A stretch of DNA of 64,000 bases from a plasmid. The DNA lies in sequence record NZ_OX291475.1, one strand, 5' to 3'. A program made the position numbers and the translations under genes. Shown piece by piece: positions 18,326 through 29,672 of the stretch (within the stretch, counting starts at the first letter, position 1; every line of letters starts with the position of its first letter). The notes under the pieces are model-generated. The model saw nothing but the letters and a program-made list of their open reading frames with translations, was not told the origin of the DNA and did not search any database.

Positions 18326-19396
18326 TCAGGCCTTTTTAACAGCAGTGGCTATTGGCTGACCACCTTGTTGCGTACTCTGCTCCGGCTCAAATGTAACCCT
18401 GTCATGCACCGCATAAGCGTTCATGCCCCCCACAAAGGCACCGGCAAAGGCAGTAAAGGTCTTTTTGTCCTTTTCGCTTTGAATCATCACTATCTGGCTT
18501 GCCACGTTAATATTAACAACAACGCCAGTATGACGGGTTTCCAGCAGTGTATTTCCCAGCCACTGTTCACCACTAATAATGTCAAGTTCGGAAAGGCCGG
18601 CTGGCAGTCTCTTGTTTTTCCACAACGAGTGCGGACTGCATAGCTCGTTTACATTTTGGGTGTTTTCAATAATGCTCAACAATTTTAGATTAGACGGGTT
18701 GATCCATCGAATCACCTCGATACAGCGATGATATTCACGGGCAACTTTATTAATGGCCTGTTCGACAGAGTAGGTTTTATCAGAACGCCATAATGGCTCG
18801 TGATGGGATATTCTGTTACGTAACGTATTTATATCCCGGAGATCTGCACCAATTCTGTTTATTGATAATGCTTTGCCATTTTTATTGGCATGGGGAAAAA
18901 CGCGTGAAGTCAAGTCCGGCCATAAAGAAAGATAGTTGCAATAATTGGCATGAGTACGATCATATTTCTTGTCGACCAATGACACCCAAAATCCGAGTGT
19001 TAACTTTGAGATGAGATTTTCTGTTGTGTGCGGCTTTCCATCTTTATTAAGTTGACCTTTTGCCGCCGCGATAGCTTTAAACGATGTATTGTTGTTTGCC
19101 TGCGTCATTACAGTTACAAACCACTTATCATCGATATTCCCTTTCTTCTGCGCCCAGGTTGGTTGAGGATGGAGCCGTTTTATTTCATCTTCTTCGAAAG
19201 CCTGTTTGGCCCCGCAAATGGCATTCCTTAATGAGACCTCGATCACCTGCAGTGCGGGAAGGAATGCGCCGGCGAGCTGTTTATTCCATAGATAAATGCC
19301 CAGGCACTCTTCTGGTGTGGCGCCGTTGAAAACGGAAGATTGGTAGGTTGCAAATCGGTGCTGTGATATAGAGCTTAAAATAGCCGCAATCGTCAT
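18326..19396 (-). CDS. Abi_2 (AbiD/AbiF)-like abortive-infection protein with C-terminal extension
   Basis: 356 aa. TLRNRISHHEPLW resembles the conserved Abi_2/HEPN motif. Has an extra ~100-aa C-terminal domain. Confidence 0.55.
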   Translation of the reverse strand: MTIAAILSSISQHRFATYQSSVFNGATPEECLGIYLWNKQLAGAFLPALQVIEVSLRNAICGAKQAFEEDEIKRLHPQPTWAQKKGNIDDKWFVTVMTQANNNTSFKAIAAAKGQLNKDGKPHTTENLISKLTLGFWVSLVDKKYDRTHANYCNYLSLWPDLTSRVFPHANKNGKALSINRIGADLRDINTLRNRISHHEPLWRSDKTYSVEQAINKVAREYHRCIEVIRWINPSNLKLLSIIENTQNVNELCSPHSLWKNKRLPAGLSELDIISGEQWLGNTLLETRHTGVVVNINVASQIVMIQSEKDKKTFTAFAGAFVGGMNAYAVHDRVTFEPEQSTQQGGQPIATAVKKA

Positions 19397-19780
19397 AATA
19401 TCTCCTTGATGTCCGATGAGTATATCAAAGCGCTTGACGTGAGCAAAAATTTGAAGGATGATGTGCCCCAGAGACAGGATCTCTAACTGTGTGAGCGACT
19501 ATGCCGGTGATAAATCACCCGCTAGGTTGCGAAATTTTCAAAGAAGGCTTCCTCCGGGGAGCCTTTTTTGATTGTGTCGATCAATGCACTAGCCAGCATT
19601 CTCCACTCACCTTCACCATATTCATCCGTATTTCAATCAAGCCCGTCACTCAGCCTACAAGTTCCGAAGAATTAGTTTGCCTAGACACGCCTGTGAATAA
19701 CGCTTTGTTCGAAATCCCGCACCACCACTGAAGCTATAGCTATACTTTGGCCATGTCGACACAAAAGGATCACCTGCCTA

Positions 19781-20466
19781 TGTGTGGCCGTTTTGCCCAG
19801 TTCCATAGCCGAGAGGAATTTATCACCGCCCTGCGATCCGAAACGCCAATGATCACCACCGGTGACTGGCATGCACGGTATAACGTTGCCCCTGGCACGC
19901 CGGTACCGCTGTTCCATCATCATGATGATCAGCTGCAGCTAACACCGGTTGACTGGGGCTATGCGCCGATATGGTGGCGAGAGCAGGGAAAACCGCCACT
20001 CATCAACGCCCGCGTCGAAACCGCCGCAAGCAGCCGGATGTTCACGCCGCTCTGGAAACATGGCCGTGCGTTGGTACCGGCATCAGGTTGGTACGAATGG
20101 AAAAAGTCCCCGGACAATCCGAAACTGAAGCAACCGTATTTCATCTATCCCGCCGATCGCAGCCCGCTGTTCTTCGCCGCGTTGTGCTCCACTGATCCGG
20201 AAGAAGCTGGCAGCTTCGTCATCATCACGGCCGCCAGTCATGACGGTCTGGCGGATATTCATGATCGGCGCCCACTGGCGCTGCCGGCAGCCGCCGCACG
20301 CGACTGGCTCGATAGCCGGTTGACCCCGCCGCCAGGCGACATGTTGGCCGACGTTTATAGCCTGCAGGCGGATGATTTCAACTGGCAACCGGTCTCGCCG
20401 GCGGTAGGTGCCGTTCGCAATGACAATCCCTCACTCATCCTTGCCATCGATACACCAACGGTCTGA
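19781..20466 (+). CDS. SOS-response-associated peptidase (SRAP/YedK-like abasic-site processing protein)
   Basis: Begins MCGRF (catalytic Cys2). Conserved SRAP layout. ORF 19747..20466 trimmed to the ATG at 19781. Confidence 0.8.
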
Positions 20467-20628
20467 GCAGCGCGTTATCCACAGTTTTGGTGGATATCAT
20501 GTGTGCAAACACACATGAAAGACGCCAAAAGCTGCAGAGAAAATCACTCGGAAAATTATTATATTACGTCGGATCGCGCTACGCGACCCGGTTTCAGGCT
20601 TGCGTGTATGCACGTTTCGTTTATGATT

Positions 20629-20648
20629 TACTGTATATATATACAGAT
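20629..20648. promoter_or_regulatory. LexA (SOS) box upstream of umuD
   Basis: TACTGTATATATATACAGAT = CTG-N10-CAG consensus, ~15 bp upstream of umuD. Confidence 0.85.
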
Positions 20649-20662
20649 AAATTATACTTATT

Positions 20663-21079
20663 ATGAACACTAGAGAATTGTACTTTTTTTCACCAGGTCA
20701 GCCGGTAAAACTCCCACTCTACGGGACACCATGTCCGGCAGGCTTCCCCAGCCCTGCCGACGATTACATTGAACAATCCATTGATTTAAATGATTTTATC
20801 CGACATCCGGCCGCCACGTATTTTATCCGCGCATCGGGAGAGTCAATGAGTGAGGGCGGCATACTGTCAGGAGATTTGCTGATTGTCGATCGGGCTGAAA
20901 AACCCGTGCATGGTAGCATCGTGATCGCCGCGGTCGACGGCGAGTTTACTGTCAAGCGGCTGCTGCTGACACCCAGGGTTTGTCTGGCGCCGATGAATCC
21001 TGCCTACAGTCCTATTTATCCCGAAACGCTGGAAATTTTCGGGGTGGTGATCCACGCCCTGCACTCATTTGGAAGGTGA
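20663..21079 (+). CDS. umuD: UmuD-like translesion polymerase accessory subunit (LexA-like S24 peptidase)
   Basis: 138 aa. Ser/Lys dyad context ([11 protein letters not shown] ... FTVKRL). Immediately precedes umuC. Confidence 0.85.
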   Translation: MNTRELYFFSPGQPVKLPLYGTPCPAGFPSPADDYIEQSIDLNDFIRHPAATYFIRASGESMSEGGILSGDLLIVDRAEKPVHGSIVIAAVDGEFTVKRLLLTPRVCLAPMNPAYSPIYPETLEIFGVVIHALHSFGR

Positions 21080-21081
21080 TC

Positions 21082-22016
21082 ATGTTTATGCTGGCTGACG
21101 TCAATTCGATGTACTGTGCCTGCGAACAGGTCTTCCGGCCGGATCTGAAAGGCCGTCCGGTGGCCGTGCTTTCGAATAACGACGGTGCCCTGGTGGCGAT
21201 CAACCGGGAGGGAAAACAACTCGGTCTTAAACGCGGCATGCCATTTTTTCAGGCCAAAGAAATCATTAAAAATCAAAATGTCACTGTTTTCTCTAGCAAT
21301 TATTCTTTGTACGGCGACATGTCGGCGCGCTGCATGACGATTTTAGAATCTCTCGCGCCGGCGATTACGATCTACAGCATCGACGAGGCATTCCTTCACG
21401 TTGCCGGCATCGATGCCACAGAGTCATTCGAAGACTATGGCCGGCGCGTTCGCGATACCGTTTTACAGCAGACGGGACTCACCTGCGGGATCGGTGTCGC
21501 CCAGACGATGACGCTTGCCAAACTCGCGAATCACGCTGCGAAAACCTGGCCGGCCACCGGTGGGGTTGTCGATCTGACGAACCGCGATCGACAACGCAAA
21601 TTGATGGGGCTGCTGCCAGTCAACGAAGTTTGGGGATGTGGGCGCCAGTTGACTAAAAAGCTGGCTGCGATGGGGATCACCACAGCACTGCAGCTGGCCG
21701 ACAGCAACCAGGCGTTGATCCGCAGGACGTTCGGGGTTGTGCTCGAGCGCACCGTGCGTGAACTGAACGGTGTGCCATGTATCTCAATCGATGCGCTGCC
21801 GGCAAAGCAGCAGATCATCGTCAGCCGGTCATTTGGCCAGCGCGTTACGCAGCTGCAGGACATGCGCCAGGCGGTGTGCCAGTACGCCGAGCGGGCCGCC
21901 GAAAAACTTCGCCGAGAGAAGCAATATTGCCGGCACATTTCGGTGTTCGCGCGAACCAGCCCATTTTCGCCTCATGATCCCTATTACGCGAACAGCAACA
22001 GCGTGCGGCTCATGCT
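21082..22016 (+). pseudogene. umuC: umuC 5' portion, interrupted by transposon insertion
   Basis: Collinear with E. coli UmuC up to ..YYANSNSVRLML. The frame then runs into the transposon IR. Confidence 0.85.
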
Positions 22017-22038
22017 GGGGTCAGTTTGGATATCGAAA

Positions 22039-23419
22039 ATTATTGTACTATAAGGGCTTCCCCGGCATGTCAACGCCGGTGTTTACGGTTTCTGTCTGCA
22101 CTATAGTAAAAAAATAAAGGGGAGAGACTGCGGTACTATAAACGGTCATGATGAATCGTCATCGATTCGGACCCTGATGAAAGACGCTCGTGAGGCTCTA
22201 GTTCGTTAGTCGGGTACACTTGCCCTGTACAATAAGCAGATATACCTCACGGGGTCTAACCCTTTATCATCAACGAGTTGCAGAACAGATGGTCATACAG
22301 CTTTGTACTTTAGCTGGCTGAGTACAACCTGAAATCATCACCGTAATGCAATGATGCCCAGCACAGTCTTGCATTTTTGGCAGCGATGGCAACAACAGCG
22401 CGCCAGTATCCTCTGCGTTCGACCAGTGAGCAGACCCAACGACTGAATAAATCAGTCCTTTTCTCCGCCCCGATCAGTACCGAGCGGGCACCCTGAACCA
22501 GAAGTGTTCTCAGATACGAATCGCCAGCTTTCGTTATCCTGCCAAGCTTCGACTTTCCGCCGCTGCTGTACTGCGATGGTGTCAGTCCCAGCCAGGCTGC
22601 CAGCTGGCGCCCATTCTTAAAATCATGTGCATTACCGATACTGGCGACCAGCGCACAGGCCGTTGTGGGGCCAACGCCCTTCAATTCCATCAGCCGCTGA
22701 CTGCGATGATCTGTTTTGGCCATGCGGGACAAAATTCGGTCATATTCAGCGATGTTATCTTCAATGCGAGCAACGTGCTCCAGCAAATCATCAACACATT
22801 GCTGAACCTGAAGTGGTAAAGAATTCTTCTGCTCAAAAACTATGTGGCGCAGGGCATCTGTACTTTGTGGGGCGATAACGCCGAATTCAGATATCAACCC
22901 CCGGAGACGATTATATGTTGCTGTTTTCTCTTCGATAAAACCCTGTCGGGTACGATGCAGACACTGCATTGCCTGCTGGCTCTCATCCTTAACCGGCACA
23001 AACCGCATATGTGGGCGACGAACCGCCTCGCAGATAGCCTGAGCATCAGCTGCATCATTTTTCCCTGATTTACCAGCCATGCGGTAAGGCGATACAAATT
23101 TAGCGGCCATCAGACGCGGCTCATGACCATACTGCCGAAACAGTCTTGCCCAGTAATGAGCCCCGGAGCACGCCTCCATCCCGATAACACAGGGCGGCAA
23201 ACCAGCAATCAGCCCGGGAAGAGCTGCGCGGGTTACTCTGGATTTAACCAGAACGGTTTTGCCATTCTGGTCAACGCAATGAACAGCGAACACATTTTTA
23301 GCAAGATCGATACCGACAGTAGTAATGGTCATAACGAATCCCTCCGGGGTTGTGTTTACCCCATGATTGCACAAGAGTTAATCAGGCACATAATCAGGGG
23401 AAGTCCCTTCCATTCGTTA
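22039..23419 (-). mobile_element. IS110-family (IS1111-group-like) insertion sequence, copy 1 (1381 bp), inside the left IR of the outer transposon
   Basis: Identical to the 39131-40511 copy. Splits the IR into a 22-nt outer part and a 16-nt inner part (AGGTTATTTTTTGACC at 23420-23435). Confidence 0.7.
22310..23374 (-). CDS. IS110-family transposase (DEDD)
   Basis: 354 aa. N-terminal VGIDLAKNVFAV plus C-terminal DDFKNGRQLAAWLGLTPSQYSSGGKSKLGRITKAGDSYLR, typical of IS110/IS1111 transposases. Confidence 0.85.
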   Translation of the reverse strand: MCNHGVNTTPEGFVMTITTVGIDLAKNVFAVHCVDQNGKTVLVKSRVTRAALPGLIAGLPPCVIGMEACSGAHYWARLFRQYGHEPRLMAAKFVSPYRMAGKSGKNDAADAQAICEAVRRPHMRFVPVKDESQQAMQCLHRTRQGFIEEKTATYNRLRGLISEFGVIAPQSTDALRHIVFEQKNSLPLQVQQCVDDLLEHVARIEDNIAEYDRILSRMAKTDHRSQRLMELKGVGPTTACALVASIGNAHDFKNGRQLAAWLGLTPSQYSSGGKSKLGRITKAGDSYLRTLLVQGARSVLIGAEKRTDLFSRWVCSLVERRGYWRAVVAIAAKNARLCWASLHYGDDFRLYSAS

Positions 23420-25958
23420 AGGTTATTTTTTGACCTGCCTAATTTAGCTGGCCTCAGCCGACGAAACTTACCGGCTGACGGTATCCGGTTGCTTTTCCAT
23501 ATATAATCGCCTGTCAGATTGATGTGTTCCCAGCCTAGCGGGGACAAATGCGACAGCAGTTGCTCGTTGATCTTCACTCCCTTACGCTTCAGAGCATCGA
23601 CAGCTCTTTCCATATAGACGGTATTCCACAGGGATATGGCAGCTGTCAGGAGCGTCAGTCCACTGGCGCGATAGCTCTGATTTTCCGGTTTTCGGTCCCT
23701 GATTTCTCCCAGCCGGTGCATAAATACCGCTCGCGCCAGCGCGTTACGGGCTTCACCTTTATTCAGCCCCGCCTGTACCCGCCGACGCAGTGCAGGATCG
23801 CGGAACCAGTCGAGCATAAACAGAGTTCGTTCAATACGGCCAATTTCTCTCAGTGCTTTGGCCAGCCCGTTTTGCTTGGGGTAGCTGGCAAGCTTTTTCA
23901 GCATCAGGGATGCCGTCACGGTTCCCTGCTTTATCGAGGTTGCCAGACGCAGCACTTCACGCCAGTGAATTTCGATCTCTTTCAGATTCAGGCTGGTTGT
24001 TGATATCAGTGACTGAAGCGCCGGGTACTGGCCTGCTTTCCCTTTGATAAATAGCTTCTTGTCGTGGAGATCCCTGATTCGCGGACAGAACGCAAATCCC
24101 AGCAGATGCATCAGGGCAAAGACATGATCGGTGAAACCCGCTGTATCGGTGTAATGCTCCCTGATTTCCAGGTCGCTTTCGTGGTACAGCAAGCCATCGA
24201 GCACATGGGTTGAATCTCTGACCCGACTGATTATGCAGGTGTAAAACGGGCTGTATTGATCCGAAATATGGGTATAAAACTGACGTCCGGGCTCCTGCCC
24301 GTATTTCGGGTTAACCTGCCCTGCGTAGCGGCCTGATCTGCCTGTTCTGAAATTCTGTCCATCTGATGATGATGTTGTCCCGTCTCCCCAGAATGCCGCC
24401 AGCGGCCTTTTCCCCTGCGCGTTTACCAGCTCTGCAAGGGCTGCTGAATAGGTTTCGTCGCGGATGTACCATGCCTGAATATCTTCGAGTGATGATTTGG
24501 TGCTACCGGGGCAGGCTTCCGCCATTTTGGTCAGGCCAAGATTGATGCCATCCGCAAGAATGGTGGTGAGAAGCAGGCGGATATCGGGACGGGTAATGTC
24601 AGTTTTTATATGCGAAAAATGTCGGGTAAACGTCGTCCAGCTGTTTACCTCATCGAGAATTTCCGTGATTTTAGGGCGCGGTAGCATGCTGTAAACCAGC
24701 TCTGCCAGCGGTGAAACCTGCACCGGAACGCTGTTATCCAGCGGAGAGACTTTTACGCCCCTGTAAGATATTTCCACATCGGGCAGTTCACCAAGGGCAG
24801 CCATGGCATTGACCTCTTCAAGCCTGGACTGAAGCAGGGTCATACGGCTGGTAATGTACTCATGATAATCAGCAGATACGGGAAGTGGCAGCGCCGGTGT
24901 GAGTTTGTCAAAGTCCTTTTCGGGAATGAGGTAATCATCAAAATTTTTGTAGCGGCGTGAGCCTTTAACCCAGATGTCCCCGGAACGCAACGCCCCCTTA
25001 AGCTCGCTGAGCGCACAAAATTCATAGTACTGCCGGTCAATACCCGCAGGTGTAATTACCACCTTGCGCCAACTTTCTGGGACAAACTCAAGCGGCGCGG
25101 TGGCCGGAACTTTACGTGACTGCTTCCGGTACATATCCTTGATCACAACCAGCGCATCAGCCAGAGGTTGCGCTGCCGGAGTTGCGATTAACTGTAAAGC
25201 TGACAACATGCGCGGGGCATATTTCCGTAATGTGCTGTATTTCTCGGTAATAATATGCAGCGGGTCAAAATTATTTTTTCTGGCGAGATGGCGTGTTTCC
25301 TCCAGACTGGCGACAAATTCAGGCCATGGGAGTATGTTTTCTATTGCGAGCCATGGATCTCCCCCGGAATCACGGGCATCAGACAGCGCCTGACCGACAT
25401 TGATGTACTGCCTCAGTTTTGACTGGATCAGCTTTCCGGTCTGCTGAAGGCGCTCAGCCTGTGTTCTTTTGGCTTTGCTGAAAAGGCTGTTCAGCATTCG
25501 CTCATGCAACTCAATCACTTCGTCTGTCAGTGTGGCTCTGGCTTCTTCCAGCACGCACACCAGGATCGCATGACGCCGGGCTGCTGAAAATCGGGTCAAA
25601 TCCCGGCTGCTCATCTTTCGGCCTTCCCGCGCCAGTTTCAGCAACCGGTTCTGGTGAATGGTACGATCTATACCTTCCGGTAATGCCAGCGATTCAATGC
25701 TACTGAGCCGATCAAGGTGTTGCAGCACGTTCTTACCATTGATTTTACCCGGAGGTTGCAGAAGCCATGTCAGCCTGGAAGACTGATTATCCGATGACTC
25801 AAGTAAACAATCCAGAGCATCCCTGTGAGCCGGAGTTAACGGGGCATTCAGGGTCTGAAACACGATTTTATCGCCGCCTGCCATGGCCTCAGCACAGGAA
25901 CGCTCCACGACATCAATCGAGGGGATTATCACGTTGTTCTGCCGGAGCCAGACCAGTA
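23420..25958 (-). pseudogene. tnpA: Tn3-family transposase tnpA of the outer transposon, C-terminal ~860 codons (split by nested transposon)
   Basis: Collinear with the intact TnpA at 30509-33475 from about residue 130 onward. Native C-terminus ..KFRRLRPAKLGRSKNNL runs into the IR/IS junction. Confidence 0.75.
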
Positions 25959-25980
25959 GGGGTCGTCTCAGAAAACGGAA

Positions 25981-27307
25981 TCTATGGTCACTCCCGTTTT
26001 TGCAACACCGATTTTGACGACAAGTTGGCTTGCTTGAATCTATCCGGCGTCTGAATGGGATTTTATTCCCGCGCCTTGATGAGTTCCGCGCCTGATGAAC
26101 CTCCAGAAAATATACGGCTTCAATGAGCCTTTCCGTTTTACAGGTTCCTCAACAGGCCGGTGGGCCGTTAGTATCATCAATATCAGTATTCGCAAAACCA
26201 GATCAGTAATTCTTTAAACCGGTGTATTTCTGCCGTTATGCTACATAAGTTTGCTGTCGTGCCGTTAGGGCCCAGGCTATTCTGGCCAGCTTGTTTGCCA
26301 GAGCACAAGTGACGACAAAGTTGCTTTTCCGGCACAGTAAATCCCTGACCCAATCGGCCAATTTGCCAGACTGGTGTTCCAGTTTTTGTATGAATACCCT
26401 GGCACATTGAACCAACAAAGTTCGGATCTTTTTATTACCTCGCTTACTAATTCCCAGCAATGTCGTCCTACCTCCCGTGCTGTACTGCCGAGGTACAAGC
26501 CCTGTTGCCGCCGCAAAGTCACGGCTGCTGGCGTACTGCTTCCCGTCGCCAATCTCAGTTGAAATAGTACTCGCTGTCAGTGTTCCGACGCAGGGAATGC
26601 TCAGCAAGCGCTGTCCAACCTCATCTTCGTCCAACTTTCGTTTCAACTGGGATTCCAAATCTTTAATCTGCTCAACAAGATAGTGATAATGCTGTTGTAA
26701 TTTCAGCAATAACTGGCTGAGGTAAAGAGGCAAACTATTATCCTCAAGAATGGTACTCAGTCGGCTAATAACGGCAGCTCCTCGGGGAACGCTAATGCCA
26801 AATTCCAGCAGAAAAGCATGCATTTGATTGGTTGTTTTTACCTTATCCTGAACCAGGGATTCACGGACACGATGCAGAGCCCGCATTGCCTGCTGAGATT
26901 CCGTTCTGGGCTGCACAAAACGCATAGACGGACGCGATGCAGCTTCACAAATAGCTTCGGCGTCGACAAAGTCGTTTTTATTGCTTTTAACGAACGGGCG
27001 GACAAATTGTGGTGATATCAGCTTTGGGGAATGCCCCAACTCTTCCAACTTGCGTGCCATAAAGTGAGAACCGCCACAGGCTTCCATTGCGATGGTTGTA
27101 GCGGGGCATGTCGCCAAAAATTCGATCAACTTTGGCCGGGTAAATTTTTTACGGTAAACAGCCTTCCCGCGACGATCCTGGCAATGAATATGGAAAGAGT
27201 TTTTACCCAGATCGATACCAATGAGCGCAATGTTTTCCATGATAGTTCTCCGAATGAAAGCCTGTCCTCAGCATAGTACCGGGAAGGAGGGAGTGACCAT
27301 CTCATTA
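25981..27307 (-). mobile_element. IS5075/IS4321-like IS110-family element, copy A (1327 bp)
   Basis: Inserted at position 22|23 of a Tn21-type IR, the canonical target of IS4321/IS5075. Termini TCTATGGTCACTCCC ... GGGAGTGACCATCTCATTA. Confidence 0.8.
26236..27240 (-). CDS. IS5075-like IS110-family transposase
   Basis: 334 aa, MENIALIGIDLGKNSFHIHC... Identical copy at 33554-34558. Confidence 0.85.
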   Translation of the reverse strand: MENIALIGIDLGKNSFHIHCQDRRGKAVYRKKFTRPKLIEFLATCPATTIAMEACGGSHFMARKLEELGHSPKLISPQFVRPFVKSNKNDFVDAEAICEAASRPSMRFVQPRTESQQAMRALHRVRESLVQDKVKTTNQMHAFLLEFGISVPRGAAVISRLSTILEDNSLPLYLSQLLLKLQQHYHYLVEQIKDLESQLKRKLDEDEVGQRLLSIPCVGTLTASTISTEIGDGKQYASSRDFAAATGLVPRQYSTGGRTTLLGISKRGNKKIRTLLVQCARVFIQKLEHQSGKLADWVRDLLCRKSNFVVTCALANKLARIAWALTARQQTYVA

Positions 27308-27318
27308 AATAAAGCACG

Positions 27319-27876
27319 CTAAGCGTGCGTGGAGGCTGGCACCCAGCGGTACAGCGTCGGAATGGACACGCCGAGGTTCTTGGCCACGTCCTTGGGCGGC
27401 ACCCCGCTGGCCAGCAGCTTCTTGGCCGACTCGATCTTGCTGTCGGTCATCTTCGGCTTGCGGCCGCCTTTGCGGCCGAGCTGCTTGGCGACTTCCAGCC
27501 CGGCGCGGGTGCGCTCGACGGTCAGCTCGCGCTCCATTTCGGCAAGGCTCGCCATGACGTGGAAGAAGAACCGCCCGGATGGTGTGCCGGTGTCGATGGA
27601 GTCGGTGAGGCTCCTGAACTGGACACCGTGCTTGTGCAGATCGCCGACCAGATCGACCAGTTGCTTGACCGACCGGCCCAGCCGGTCGAGCTTCCAGACG
27701 ACCAAAGTATCGCCTTCGCGCAGCATTTCGAGCGTCTTGGCCAAGCCAGGCCGGTCTGCCCGCGTGCCACTCACCTTGTCCTCGAAGACCTTTTTACATC
27801 CGGCCTTGCTCAAGGCTTCGCGTTGCAGCTCCAGGTTCTGATCCTGCGTCGAGACGCGCGCATAGCCAATCAACAT
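27319..27876 (-). CDS. tnpR: Serine recombinase/resolvase TnpR of nested transposon
   Basis: MLIGYARVSTQDQNLELQ (catalytic Ser in the RVST motif) with a C-terminal HTH. Stop codon lies inside the IR (CTAAG). Confidence 0.85.
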   Translation of the reverse strand: MLIGYARVSTQDQNLELQREALSKAGCKKVFEDKVSGTRADRPGLAKTLEMLREGDTLVVWKLDRLGRSVKQLVDLVGDLHKHGVQFRSLTDSIDTGTPSGRFFFHVMASLAEMERELTVERTRAGLEVAKQLGRKGGRKPKMTDSKIESAKKLLASGVPPKDVAKNLGVSIPTLYRWVPASTHA

Positions 27877-28241
27877 GGCTTGTCTCGCGCCCGGTCGATG
27901 CGTTCCTGCATCGCCTGCATCACTTCTTCGTGGGTGTACGATCTGGCGTTGGCGTCGGTGGCTTGCCGCAGGGCTTCCTCAACCTCGCGCGTCATCCGCT
28001 CGTAATCCTCCGGCCACAGCGCTTGCTCCATGCGCAGCGACGCCTGACCCAGCAGGTGCAGCAGGCTGAACAGCCGCATGTCGTTGGTGGCGACGATGCG
28101 CTCCCGAATCTGCTCCTGAATAGCTTCGCTAGCCCGATGCGCTTGTGGTGTGGCAGTCCCCTCGTAGTCAGCGGGGAATTCCGCTTCCTCGGCAATCCTT
28201 GCCCAGGCGCTGGCCAGCGCCTCGATGGTTGACGTGCTCAT
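27870..28241 (-). CDS. Hypothetical protein (possible TnpM-like/res-overlapping ORF)
   Basis: ORF 27870..28430 trimmed to MSTSTIEALAS at 28241. GC-rich context, so it could be spurious and instead overlap the res site. Confidence 0.3.
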   Translation of the reverse strand: MSTSTIEALASAWARIAEEAEFPADYEGTATPQAHRASEAIQEQIRERIVATNDMRLFSLLHLLGQASLRMEQALWPEDYERMTREVEEALRQATDANARSYTHEEVMQAMQERIDRARDKPC

Positions 28242-28750
28242 TTCCGCCGCTCCTGTGCTCTTTGGCGAATCAACCGGCCAAGGGGCCTCGACGCGAAAAC
28301 CAGCAGCATCACGCCTATCGGATACCAGGTCGAGAAGACCACCAAGGCATCGAAGGCTGGCCGTCCGGTGTTGGTAGGCAGTACGGCGGTCACAGCCATC
28401 AACCCGCCGACCGTCCAGATGATGCGCCACACGTAGGGCATCACGCGGGGCACGTAGCCGTCATCGAAAGCGGTCTGGTAGTAGCGGCGCAGGCCGCGCT
28501 CGGCAAGCGCCTGGCGCTGCCGCTCCGACAGCGCATCCGTCCGGCCATACCAGCGCCGGAATGGTGGACAGCGCAGCAGCAAAGGGGTGAAGAGGATCAT
28601 CACCGCCACGATCGCGACACCCCACGCCATGACGGCGCCGGCATCGGGCCGCTTGGCGTTCTCGATCACGGGCGCGAAGACGCCCGGAGCACCGATCATC
28701 CAGAACAGCGCAATGTGCTGATGGAAGGAGAGCTTCATTTGCTCATCCAC
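28238..28750 (-). CDS. Integral membrane hypothetical protein
   Basis: 170 aa with ~4 hydrophobic segments. Confidence 0.45.
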   Translation of the reverse strand: MDEQMKLSFHQHIALFWMIGAPGVFAPVIENAKRPDAGAVMAWGVAIVAVMILFTPLLLRCPPFRRWYGRTDALSERQRQALAERGLRRYYQTAFDDGYVPRVMPYVWRIIWTVGGLMAVTAVLPTNTGRPAFDALVVFSTWYPIGVMLLVFASRPLGRLIRQRAQERRK

Positions 28751-29061
28751 TTGCGCAGCAGGCGCTTTTTCAGGGAGGCGCGTTCTTGCGGGTTGCGTCC
28801 CTTGTGATTGGCGATGCGATCCGCCGTGGCGGCCTGGCGCTTGACGGGCCAGTAGGAGCGGCCATCCTTGCCCATCGACCAGACGCTGCTGGCCTGGTTT
28901 TCCAGCAGGGGCAGATGGGCGCTCAGGGCTTCGGGCGACGCGCTGGTCAGCGCCGTGCGCTCACGGGTGCGCCAGCGCTGATGCCAGAGCTTCTTGTCCT
29001 CGCGCTCGCTGCCGCAGGTCGTGTGCCCGACGATGGGTGTTTTGCGGCGGCTGCGGCTCAT
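28735..29061 (-). CDS. Basic small hypothetical protein
   Basis: 108-aa ORF, Arg/Lys rich. Confidence 0.3.
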   Translation of the reverse strand: MSRSRRKTPIVGHTTCGSEREDKKLWHQRWRTRERTALTSASPEALSAHLPLLENQASSVWSMGKDGRSYWPVKRQAATADRIANHKGRNPQERASLKKRLLRKWMSK

Positions 29062-29315
29062 AACGTAGTGGTCTCCAAGAACATTCAGGACTGATCCCAG
29101 GCGTCGATGGTCAAGACCTGATCGGCAGGACAGGCGGCTACGCGGTCGGGAACTGGATGGTGTTCAGTCTCATGCCGACCCCATTCGATTGATCGCGTCG
29201 CTTGCGGCACGCTGCGACGCAAGGAGGTTTGCGACCTGGTTTAGCAGCCGTGTCCGCTGCATGTCTGTTACCTATCTCCCCGACCGCTCATTGGACCAAC
29301 TCCAGAGATTGGGCT

Positions 29316-29672
29316 CTATCGCTCAGCCAATACGAAACCGGCATTGGCTGATGCCACAACCGAGACTAACACAAATGGCTCGGTACCTGTATTTCGCGCC
29401 CCGTGCACTTGGCCCGGTCTTGCCACGGCTATCTCACCTTCCCTGAGGGCACGAACAATCCCATTGCCCTGAAAGTAATCAGCCATTCCCGACAAAACAG
29501 TCCACGTGTCTTGGCCGTGAGGATGAATGTGAGCCGCAATTTCCTGCCCGGGATGGACATGCCAAACCACGATAATTGAGTCTCGGGTTTCAAGCACAAC
29601 GGAACGAATAGGCTCGCCTTCGGACGGCTGAACATACTCGGCTACAGAAAATATTCTCGATTCAACAGTCAT
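29316..29672 (-). CDS. Cupin-domain protein
   Basis: HVHPGQEIAAHIHPHGQDTW...GEIAVARPGQVHGARN (two cupin His motifs). Start MTVESRIF at 29672 with an AAAGAGGGA RBS. Confidence 0.65.
   Translation of the reverse strand: MTVESRIFSVAEYVQPSEGEPIRSVVLETRDSIIVVWHVHPGQEIAAHIHPHGQDTWTVLSGMADYFQGNGIVRALREGEIAVARPGQVHGARNTGTEPFVLVSVVASANAGFVLAER

Noticed and set aside
23123-23506. 127-aa plus-strand ORF, with a paralogue at 39107..39427
   Set aside because: It is antisense to the IS110-family transposase 5' end and crosses the IS/IR junction. The two copies diverge exactly at the IS boundary, as expected for a non-gene.
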